In this document: positions 9,302 through 16,360 of the stretch, piece after piece
How the letters are laid out: every line of letters starts with the position of its first letter
How positions within the stretch are numbered: the stretch's first letter is position 1
From: Opitutia bacterium
GTDB lineage: Bacteria; Verrucomicrobiota; Verrucomicrobiia; Opitutales; T3Sed10-336
Length of the DNA: 64,000 nt
Assembly: GCA_003558065.1 (NCBI GenBank)
Contig: PWMU01000037.1
Location: 19,473-83,472 of the forward strand
Reading direction: 5' to 3'
Notes under the pieces: model-generated
Database searches by the model: none
What the model saw: the letters and a program-made list of their open reading frames with translations, nothing else
Told to the model about the DNA's origin: nothing
Made by a program: the position numbers and the translations under genes

Positions 9302-10351
9302 ATGTCAGACCAGTCCCGTTTCCATGATCTTCCCCAGTCGTTTCGGTATACCCTCGCTTTGAGCGGGGTGATGGCACTCTTCGTGGTCTGGGACCAGTGG
9401 CACTGGTGGAACACTCGGGAGGATTATTCCTTCGGGTTTTTGGTACCGTTTTTTGTCGGGTACGTCGTTTTCGACCGGTGGGAGCAGATTTGCAACCTGT
9501 TGAAGGGGAAAGGAAGAAACCCTGAAATTGCTGCGGAAGGGGAAACCTCCGGGGAGCCGGTGAAGGCGGCATCCCCGCATCCGGTTGCAAGCCGCGTGTT
9601 GCCGCCCGCGGCCTACCTGCTGCTGGCGTTCGGGCTCCTCGCCTTTTTCCTCGGCGCGTTTTATCGGGCGGGCTCCGGGCCCTCCAATCCCGGTTCGCTG
9701 CTCATAGCAGTGGGCTTCGGCTGCATCCTGCTGCCGCTGATTTTTCTTGCTGTCCCGAAAGGGATTCCCAATCCGGAGGCGGCGGAAAGTCCTTCCTGGA
9801 AACGGGTGTTCGGGGACACGCGTTTTGTCGTCGCGAGCCTGTTTCTGTTTCCAGCCTTTATCTGGGTGATTTCAGCCCCGCTGGTATCGGTGGTTGAGAA
9901 CACCATCAGCCTGTTCCTTCTCGCGCAGGTAACCCAGATCGTCTTTTTCGTGTTCGACATGGGCGGCTACCCGCTGGAGCAACAGGGCAATACCTTGATC
10001 CTGCCTACCGGCAGGGTCGGAGTCGAGGACGCCTGTTCGGGAATCCGGTCGCTGACGGCCTGCCTGTTCGCGGGAAGTTTTCTCGGGGCGGTCTTTCTGA
10101 AAGAACTCTGGAAGAAGGTTCTCCTCGTTGGCATGGCCATGCTCTTCGCCTTCTTCACCAATATTTTGCGCAGTCTTTTCCTCACCGGCTGGGCTTACGC
10201 CAACGGCCCTGAGGCGATTGACGGTACGGTTCACGACGTCACCGGCTACGCGGTCCTGGGACTCACCTGCGTCGGGCTGATCGTGCTGTTGCCCCTTTTC
10301 AACTTCAAGTCCGAGTGGATCGAGCCGGAGGAATTGAAGAAGCCGGAGTAA
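9302..10351 (+). CDS. Exosortase/archaeosortase family transpeptidase
   Basis: Polytopic membrane protein with the catalytic-Cys signature VEDACSGIRSLTACLF and conserved downstream Arg/His region (NILRSLFLTGW...VHDVTGY). Confidence 0.75.
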   Translation: MSDQSRFHDLPQSFRYTLALSGVMALFVVWDQWHWWNTREDYSFGFLVPFFVGYVVFDRWEQICNLLKGKGRNPEIAAEGETSGEPVKAASPHPVASRVLPPAAYLLLAFGLLAFFLGAFYRAGSGPSNPGSLLIAVGFGCILLPLIFLAVPKGIPNPEAAESPSWKRVFGDTRFVVASLFLFPAFIWVISAPLVSVVENTISLFLLAQVTQIVFFVFDMGGYPLEQQGNTLILPTGRVGVEDACSGIRSLTACLFAGSFLGAVFLKELWKKVLLVGMAMLFAFFTNILRSLFLTGWAYANGPEAIDGTVHDVTGYAVLGLTCVGLIVLLPLFNFKSEWIEPEELKKPE

Positions 10352-10393
10352 ATTAATTAGGCTGTTGAAAATGCCTGCGCGGAACGCGCCGGC

Positions 10394-10555
10394 TCATTCC
10401 TCCGGCTTGGTCTTGCGCAGCCCGACCACGCGGTTGCCTTCTTTCCACTGGCCGCGTTTCCGAAGCAATTCAACCCGCTCGAAGCGTTTGAGGACGTTGC
10501 GTTTCTTCGCGGCCGCACCGGTGGCGACTCCTTTAAAACTGTTGTGCTGTGACAT
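10394..10555 (-). CDS. Small basic protein (53 aa; Planctomycetes/Verrucomicrobia-type family)
   Basis: Internal ATG at 10555 of ORF 10394..10831 gives MSQHNSFKGVATGAAAKKRNVLKRFERVELLRKRGQWKEGNRVVGLRKTKPEE. I recognise the KRNVLKRFERVELLRKRG core as the conserved small basic protein family (from memory, TIGR04137-like). Confidence 0.6.
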   Translation of the reverse strand: MSQHNSFKGVATGAAAKKRNVLKRFERVELLRKRGQWKEGNRVVGLRKTKPEE

Positions 10556-10586
10556 GACTCTTTTCCCTTTATATTTAAAAGACCCG

Positions 10587-10928
10587 TTACTTTGTGACTT
10601 CACGCGCCCATTGCAAGTACTTTTCTGCCGTGTGGTCCGCGACGAGGACAACCCACTCCGGGGTATCGTAGGGGTGGTTTCGCTGAATCCAGTCCTCCAG
10701 CTCCTCATTGCGGGAGGCGACGAACTTGAAAAGGAGGCGGTATTCGGTGGCCCGCTCCTGTTTTCCTTTCCAGGAAAAGAACGAAGTGACGGGTGCTTCC
10801 ACCTGGATGCAGGCCGCGAGCCCGCTTTCAACGGCTTCGCCGGCCAGCTTCTCGGCTTCCTCCCGGGTTTCCACCGTGGTGAACCCCAGGAGGAGGGGGC
10901 CGTCCGGTGCGTCTTTTTGGTCGGTCAT
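10587..10928 (-). CDS. cutA: Divalent-cation tolerance protein CutA
   Basis: 113 aa with LAACIQV...SFFSWKGK...E..LLFK...HPYDTPEWVV...YLQW, the canonical CutA1 pattern. Confidence 0.8.
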   Translation of the reverse strand: MTDQKDAPDGPLLLGFTTVETREEAEKLAGEAVESGLAACIQVEAPVTSFFSWKGKQERATEYRLLFKFVASRNEELEDWIQRNHPYDTPEWVVLVADHTAEKYLQWAREVTK

Positions 10929-11065
10929 GGCTGAAAACGATCTGCGAAAAGTGAAAGGTCTGCCGATGCTGGACCGCGAGGGCTCGGGTTTTTGCGGCGA
11001 ATCGACTTGACCTTGTCTTTGGGGAGCGTAATTGTCAACGGCTTCACCAAAAACAGGAGATTGCC

Positions 11066-11266
11066 TTGAGAGAAGATTACATAGAACAGGCTCTGACGAC
11101 GATACCGGACCCGAACATACTCATCAACGTCGTGTCGCGACGGGTCAAGCAACTGCGCTACAGCAGTCGTCCGCTCGTCGAGTCGCTGGAACGGCTGGAT
11201 CCTGAAGATACCGCCCTCCGCGAGATCATCGAAGGTAAGATCAGTTACGAACTGGCCGAAGATTGA
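11066..11266 (+). CDS. rpoZ: DNA-directed RNA polymerase subunit omega
   Basis: 66 aa with a TTG start preceded by AGGAG. NILINVVSRRVKQL is the typical omega core. Confidence 0.7.
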   Translation: MREDYIEQALTTIPDPNILINVVSRRVKQLRYSSRPLVESLERLDPEDTALREIIEGKISYELAED

Positions 11267-11308
11267 GGTTGGCCCGGATCCTGGAAGAGGGTCCGGGGGC
11301 GATGGAAT

Positions 11309-11827
11309 TTGTTGCCGGTGCGGCCGGCAGAATCGCTGAAAGCGACGTTTTCCGTGTGCGCAAAAAAACAGAAGAGTGAGCGTTTCAAGGAAATACGGAA
11401 TGCCAAGGTCTTTCGTGACTACTTTGTTGAGGACAAGCTTGAGGCCGGAATTGTCCTGACCGGAACGGAGTTGAAATCCATTCGCAACGGCCGGGCCCAG
11501 ATTACCGATGCCTTCGCGAAAGTCGAGAAGGGCGAGGTGATCCTGCGCGGGGCGTACATCGACGAATATGCGTTCGGGAATATCAATAACCACGAGCCGA
11601 GGCGGCCGCGGAAATTGCTGCTTCACCGGAAGGAGATCGGGCGCCTGGCAGAGGAGGTTACCCAGGGCGGCAAGACCCTGGTGCCCATGCGGATGTATTT
11701 CAAAGAGGGGCTTGTGAAAGTGGAGTTGGCCATTTGTACTGGCAAAAAGCTTTACGACAAGCGGGAAACGCTTAAGAAGAAAGCTCAGATGCAGGAAATT
11801 GAACGAGAAATGCGCCGCCGCCGGTAG
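11309..11827 (+). CDS. smpB: SsrA-binding protein SmpB
   Basis: Contains FRDYFVEDKLEAGIVLTGTELKSIRNG...HEPRRPRKLLLHRKEI...TLVPMRMYFK...GKKLYDKRE. The start is uncertain: TTG at 11309 or GTG at 11354. Confidence 0.9.
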   Translation: MLPVRPAESLKATFSVCAKKQKSERFKEIRNAKVFRDYFVEDKLEAGIVLTGTELKSIRNGRAQITDAFAKVEKGEVILRGAYIDEYAFGNINNHEPRRPRKLLLHRKEIGRLAEEVTQGGKTLVPMRMYFKEGLVKVELAICTGKKLYDKRETLKKKAQMQEIEREMRRRR

Positions 11828-11859
11828 TTTTTGGGCCTGGTACACAAGAGGAGTCGTCG

Positions 11860-12777
11860 ATGTCGAAACCCCGTACGTTCAAAATACGTGTTCCCGCCAG
11901 CACGTCCAACTGCGGGCCCGGATTCGATACTCTGGGGATCGCCTTGAACCTGTACAATCACCTGACGTTGACCCTCGCCGACGGCGGAGCGGTTGAATAC
12001 GCCGGGGATCTGCCGGACTTCCATCCATCCGCCTTGCAGATGGTCCGGAAGGCGGCGGAGACTTTTTTTAACAAGGCGGGGATAGCGCCTTTCGGTTTTA
12101 CCTTCGACGTCGAGGGAGATGTTCCCAGGGCCCGGGGCCTGGGATCCAGCGTGACTCTGCGTGCCGGTATCCTGGCCGGATTGAATGCGGCGGCCGGGGA
12201 GCCGATGACCCGGAAACAATTGGTTTCGCTGGTCTCGCTTCTGGAAGGGCACCCCGACAATGCGGCGGCAGCGGTCCTGGGAGGGTTTTGTGTCGCGCGT
12301 ACCTGTCCCGACACCGGCCGTTTTCTCGATGCCCTGCGATTTGATGTCGGGTCCGATCTTTCCTTCGTCGTGGTTTCGCCGGACAAGGAAGTGCTCACCG
12401 CGACCTCCAGGACCTCTCTTCCCCTCCAGCTTCCTTTCTTCGATGTTGTCAAGAGCCTGAACAGCCTGGCTTACATTGTTTCCGTTTTTGCCGTGGGGGA
12501 TTACGAACGGCTGCGTCACGGAGTCACTGATTTTTTGCATCAGCCCACGCGGGTGCCGGGGATCAACGGCGCCCGCGAAGCGATCGCCGCCGGCCTGGAT
12601 TCCGGCGCCTATACCGGTTGGCTCAGCGGCAGCGGATCGAGCGTTTTGTGTGCCGGTCCGGCGGAGACGGCCAAGGCGGTCGGCGAGGCGATGGCTGGCG
12701 CCTTTGCCGAGTGGGACACGGAATCGCGGGTGTACCTGTTGAAGGCCGATAATGAAGGCCTCCACCTGGGAGGGTAA
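11860..12777 (+). CDS. thrB: Homoserine kinase
   Basis: GHMP kinase motifs: VPASTSNCGPGFDTLG and PRARGLGSSVTLRAG. Confidence 0.85.
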   Translation: MSKPRTFKIRVPASTSNCGPGFDTLGIALNLYNHLTLTLADGGAVEYAGDLPDFHPSALQMVRKAAETFFNKAGIAPFGFTFDVEGDVPRARGLGSSVTLRAGILAGLNAAAGEPMTRKQLVSLVSLLEGHPDNAAAAVLGGFCVARTCPDTGRFLDALRFDVGSDLSFVVVSPDKEVLTATSRTSLPLQLPFFDVVKSLNSLAYIVSVFAVGDYERLRHGVTDFLHQPTRVPGINGAREAIAAGLDSGAYTGWLSGSGSSVLCAGPAETAKAVGEAMAGAFAEWDTESRVYLLKADNEGLHLGG

Positions 12778-12863
12778 CCGGGGTTTGTTCCGTGTGGACT
12801 GTGCCGTGTGTTCCCCTACCGCCCGGTGAAAGTTTTTGGGAACCAAATTGGATTTTGGCGTAC

Positions 12864-12882
12864 TATCATTCTCGAAATGATA
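12864..12882. promoter_or_regulatory. Palindrome TATCATT-CTCGA-AATGATA in the AT-rich region upstream of the XRE gene (candidate operator)
   Basis: Perfect 7-nt inverted arms with a 5-nt spacer. Tandem GCAATT GCAATT and ATTGAT..TTAAT elements follow at 12961-13008, just before ATG 13021. Confidence 0.2.
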
Positions 12883-13020
12883 AACTTTTATGGGGAGGGC
12901 TCCTTCCTTTCAGGCGCTGGTTTTTACAGGTTCTTTACTTGGATGAACCTTTGTCTCGGCATTGATTAATGCTATTTGTTTGCCGCAATTGCAATTGATG
13001 ATTAATAAAAGGTCGGGAAA

Positions 13021-13443
13021 ATGATAGAAGAAAATGAACAGAGTCAATTAGTCGATCCCAACGGGCTGGAGTATGATTTTCTCAAGCTGAGAAAACAGTA
13101 CCGCCTGACTCAGGCGGATCTGGCTGAGCTGCTCAAGGTATCGAAAAACTACATCTGCCAGATTGAAACCGGGCGCAAGGTGCCCAGCCAGTCTTTGGTG
13201 GAACTTGTGCAGCGGATCGAGAAGGAGCTGGCCATCAATCCCCCCGCCCAGCGGCTCAAGGACGCGGTGGGCAGCTATCCGCTCAATGACAATCCGGCCT
13301 CGGAATACATGAGAAAAGTGTGGGCTGCGGCACGTAACGACCGGTATCTCGAGGGGTATATCCTGACAAAGCTCAAGCTGGAGTTTCCGATTCACAAACC
13401 ACCGTTTGTTCCCGACGACCAGGAAAAGCCCGTAATCGATTGA
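13021..13443 (+). CDS. XRE-family helix-turn-helix transcriptional regulator
   Basis: LRKQYRLTQADLAELLKVSKNYICQIETGRKVPS is a canonical HTH_3/Cro-C1 motif. The gene and its upstream region are visibly lower in GC than their neighbours. Confidence 0.75.
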   Translation: MIEENEQSQLVDPNGLEYDFLKLRKQYRLTQADLAELLKVSKNYICQIETGRKVPSQSLVELVQRIEKELAINPPAQRLKDAVGSYPLNDNPASEYMRKVWAAARNDRYLEGYILTKLKLEFPIHKPPFVPDDQEKPVID

Positions 13444-13547
13444 ACCGCCCGTAAGCAGAACTCAGGCGGGAGTGTTGGATTCCCCCCGCGCGACCTCGCC
13501 GCGGAACGGCGGGGCAGCGATGGTGAAGTGGCCCGGATCTTCCCTCT

Positions 13548-14006
13548 ATGCTTCACATTATCCTCTTTCAGCCCGACATTCCCCAGAATACCGGAAATAT
13601 CGGCCGGCTTTGCGCCGTGACCCGCACCCGCTTGCACCTGGTCCATCCTCTCGGCTTTTCGATTTCCGACCGGCATCTCAAAAGGAGCGGAATGGACTAC
13701 TGGCATTCGCTCGACGTTCATCATCACGATAACTGGGAAATGTTTCTTGCCAGCGAAGCCGCCCCGGAGCGGGTCTGGCTTTTCACGACGAAGGCCGCCC
13801 GTTGTTACTGGGATGCCGCGTTTTCGGATGGTGACGGATTGCTCTTTGGCAGGGAAACGGCCGGCTGTCCCGAGTGGCTGCATGAATGGGCCGGCGAGGA
13901 GCGTCGCCTGACGATCCCCCAATACGACCCGGAACTGCGCTCGCTCAATCTGTCAACGAGTGTCGGTATCGCTGCCTACGAGGCTCTCCGGCAGTTGAGG
14001 GGGTAG
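13548..14006 (+). CDS. trmL: tRNA (cytidine/uridine-2'-O-)-methyltransferase TrmL (SpoU/TrmH class)
   Basis: MLHIILFQPDIPQNTGNIGRLCA...LFGRETAG...IP......RSLNLSTSVGIAAYEALRQ, in a 152-aa TrmL-size protein. Confidence 0.85.
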   Translation: MLHIILFQPDIPQNTGNIGRLCAVTRTRLHLVHPLGFSISDRHLKRSGMDYWHSLDVHHHDNWEMFLASEAAPERVWLFTTKAARCYWDAAFSDGDGLLFGRETAGCPEWLHEWAGEERRLTIPQYDPELRSLNLSTSVGIAAYEALRQLRG

Positions 14007-14012
14007 GGCGTT

Positions 14013-14049
14013 GTCCGTTATTCGTTATTCGTGATTCGTGATCAGGTAT
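14013..14049. repeat. Heptanucleotide tandem array (ATTCGT[G/T]-type units), left arm of a long inverted repeat
   Basis: Units are gtccgtt|attcgtt|attcgtg|attcgtg|atcaggt. The 16-nt segment 14034-14049 (ATTCGTGATCAGGTAT) is the exact reverse complement of 14161-14176. Confidence 0.8.
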
Positions 14050-14160
14050 CGGGGGCGGATGAGGGGGACCCGATCATTCGAATCCTGATCCGTTCCCGCG
14101 GCAGGAGCGGGTTTACCCCGCGATCGTTCGTGGCGGAAACCAGGACAACCCCCATAACCC

Positions 14161-14218
14161 ATACCTGATCACGAATAACGAATCACGGATCACGAATAGC
14201 GAACAACCGGTAACGAAC
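14161..14218. repeat. Heptanucleotide tandem array (CACGAAT-type units), right arm of the inverted repeat
   Basis: Units are (acctgat)|cacgaat|aacgaat|cacggat|cacgaat|agcgaac|aaccggt|aacgaac with strict 7-nt periodicity. The array lies between the convergent trmL and MOP-transporter genes. Confidence 0.8.
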
Positions 14219-14225
14219 ATCCCCA

Positions 14226-15500
14226 TCACCGTCTGCTGAACCGTGTGTACAGCATGACCGTGATCGCCTCGGTGAAGAAGCCGAGGAAGAGCAGGAAGGC
14301 GCCCGTGCGCCCGTCGAGCATTCCGAGTGCCTGGAGGAGCCAGCAGGCCAGAACGATGCTGGAGATCCGCACGAGGCTCCCGATGCCCATCCGGCCGGTG
14401 GTCCGGTTGACCAGCGAGAGGCCGTGGAAGTAGTTGCGCAGGCCCATGGCCAGCGGCACCAGGCAGAGGACCAGAAACGCCTGGCCGGCGGTTTCCAGAA
14501 CCTCTCCTTTGACCCCGAGAAGGTCGGAGAAAATAACGCGGTGCAAAGGCGTGAGCGCCACGATCAGCATCAGACTGAAGATCACGGCCAACATCCGGAA
14601 CAGGAAGCGCCGCAACCCCTCCAGGTCGGCCATGCCGAAGGTCACGAACAGGTGCCGGAACTGGTTCACGGGGTTGCAGAAGATCAGGGAGAAATCAAAC
14701 GCCACCCGCAGCGCGGCAATCAGTACCACCGCATCGGGCGTGCGGCTGGCGAAGAAGAAAATGACCGGGCGGCTGAGGGCGAACATCAGGCTCGTCAACG
14801 CGACCGGCCAGAAGAACCGGAACAGGTCGGCGTGGGTGAGCTTTTCCTCCTTTCCGCCCGAAGGAAGGCGGTAGTGACGCCGGAACATCCACACGAGCAG
14901 GACCAGCGACACCAGTGCCGGAAGCAGTTGCGACAAGCCGACCGTCACCATCGCCGGCGCCTCCAGGGAGAACCCGGTCAGGAGCACGAGCAGGACCAGG
15001 GTGAGGTAGAGCACATTGAGAAGCGTCACGGTCCCGGTGCGCTCCGCCTGGACGAGCAGGCCGGTCAGGCAGTGACGCATGCCGTCGACCACCAGCAGGG
15101 GGAGGAGAAGGCGCAGGTAGGCCGTCACTGTGGCCAATGCGTCGCCCTCGATGTTGAACACCGCCGAGACAAACGCCGCTCCGCTCGCCGTCCAACCGAG
15201 CCAGACCAGCGGAACCGTCAGCACCAGTCCCACCCTGAAAACGAACCGGAAGCACAGGCGGAGGGCGGAACGCGACTGGCTGAAGACATTGGCGAGTTGC
15301 GGCGTGAACGCCAGCGTCGCGTGCAGGAAACCGAAAAAACTGGCCGCCATGGCAAAGAGCGCCAATTCCTCCGCCCCCTCCGGGTACCGCGCGAGGATTG
15401 CGTTGCGGAATTGCTGCGCGAGCAACATCGCCAGCCCGGTCAAAGTAAGAGGCCAGTAGAATCGCCAGTAGCGCGCCTGTGAATGCGTGGCTTCGGACAC
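14226..15500 (-). CDS. Polytopic membrane protein, MATE/MOP (flippase/efflux) superfamily-like
   Basis: 424 aa with about 12 predicted TM helices and MATE/MOP-like size and topology. I saw no specific diagnostic motif. Confidence 0.4.
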   Translation of the reverse strand: MSEATHSQARYWRFYWPLTLTGLAMLLAQQFRNAILARYPEGAEELALFAMAASFFGFLHATLAFTPQLANVFSQSRSALRLCFRFVFRVGLVLTVPLVWLGWTASGAAFVSAVFNIEGDALATVTAYLRLLLPLLVVDGMRHCLTGLLVQAERTGTVTLLNVLYLTLVLLVLLTGFSLEAPAMVTVGLSQLLPALVSLVLLVWMFRRHYRLPSGGKEEKLTHADLFRFFWPVALTSLMFALSRPVIFFFASRTPDAVVLIAALRVAFDFSLIFCNPVNQFRHLFVTFGMADLEGLRRFLFRMLAVIFSLMLIVALTPLHRVIFSDLLGVKGEVLETAGQAFLVLCLVPLAMGLRNYFHGLSLVNRTTGRMGIGSLVRISSIVLACWLLQALGMLDGRTGAFLLFLGFFTEAITVMLYTRFSRR

Positions 15501-15542
15501 CGTTTCGATTAAGACGGCACGTGCCGCGCTTCGGCAACCTTT

Positions 15543-16028
15543 TTGGTGCCGGCGCTCCCTGCTACTGCGAAAACGACTCTCGCAAAACGCATGGCCGAGG
15601 AATTCAGGACAGAGTGGATACCTGGATACGGGCCATCCTTTTGGGAAAGCAAGCAGGTGAACCGGCGCCTCACTCCATCACAGCTTCTGGAGATCGTTCA
15701 GAAACACACTGAGCAGGAGGACGCGCTTCTGACGAAGGCCAATCGGTTCTTCTTCACCGACACGAACGCGATCACCACCGCGACGTTTGCCCGATACCAC
15801 CACGGGACGATTCAGGCCGATCTTGCAGCGTTGGCCGACCAGGCGGTCTTTCCCGACCAGGCGGTCTTCCGTTACGATCCGGTCTTCCTCTGCGACAACC
15901 ACATTCCCTGTTCGGACACGCCGTACCGTGCCGGCGAGGTCAGGCGCTCTGAATTCCAACGGCAGGTCGTGGGCGACCTTCACCGGCGCAAAGTCCCCTG
16001 CATCGTGCTTCAGGGGAGCCTGGAGTAA
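15543..16028 (+). CDS. NadR-type (AAA_28) ATPase/kinase-like protein with an atypical P-loop region
   Basis: Contains ...PATAKTTLAKRMAEEF...FFFTDTNAITTATFARYHHG...LCDNHIPCSDTPYR. The Walker A reads A-K-T rather than G-K-T, and an overlapping frame encodes LFGAGAP just upstream. The start (TTG) is uncertain. Confidence 0.45.
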   Translation: MVPALPATAKTTLAKRMAEEFRTEWIPGYGPSFWESKQVNRRLTPSQLLEIVQKHTEQEDALLTKANRFFFTDTNAITTATFARYHHGTIQADLAALADQAVFPDQAVFRYDPVFLCDNHIPCSDTPYRAGEVRRSEFQRQVVGDLHRRKVPCIVLQGSLE

Positions 16029-16360
16029 CGGGTGGGGAAGGTGCGAGGCGTCCTGGATAAATTTAAGAAGTACACGAACCGTTGGACCTCATGGAGACCA
16101 CCGGAAAATTCATGAGTTTTGTCGCCATGGGGTTGATGGTGAGGGCGGATCGACAGTTGGATCTACTGGATCATTGTGAAGGTGATTGGAAGTATGCAGC
16201 TCCGGGCCAAAAACTAAGGAAAGAAAACCCACTAATAAAATCCAGTTTCACACAGCCGCGTTTGAGGCGCTTTCAGAACGCCCGTGCCGCAACAGAAGAG
16301 AGAGGGGAAATCTGCTTGACCCGGCAAAATCTGAAACGAAAGCTGATTTGACGAAATGTA

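Noticed and set aside
10925-12846. Two long - strand ORFs (10925..11845 and 11785..12846)
   Set aside because: Antisense to rpoZ/smpB and thrB, which have canonical motifs.
14071-14090. tRNA T-arm-like sequence gatca-TTCGAATCC-tgatc
   Set aside because: There is no acceptor stem, D-arm or anticodon arm around it, and the loop is 9 nt. It lies inside the spacer of the heptamer inverted repeat, so it is not a tRNA gene.
14013-14218. Possible CRISPR array
   Set aside because: The repeat unit is only 7 nt, the units are contiguous with no spacers, and there are no cas genes. It is a microsatellite-like array, not a CRISPR.
14424-15482. 352-aa + strand ORF rich in E/R/Q/H; also 52462..53982 (506 aa) and 38579..39805 (408 aa)
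   Set aside because: These lie opposite well-supported membrane-protein, M48 and SBP genes. Their charged low-complexity composition marks them as shadow ORFs.
16029-16360. Lower-GC 330-nt region upstream of glgA, including 89-aa ORF 16082..16351, as a possible ncRNA or small gene
   Set aside because: I saw no recognisable RNA family signature (tmRNA, SRP, 6S, RNase P). The ORF has no motifs and atypical composition. I treat the region as a long leader/promoter and leave it unannotated.
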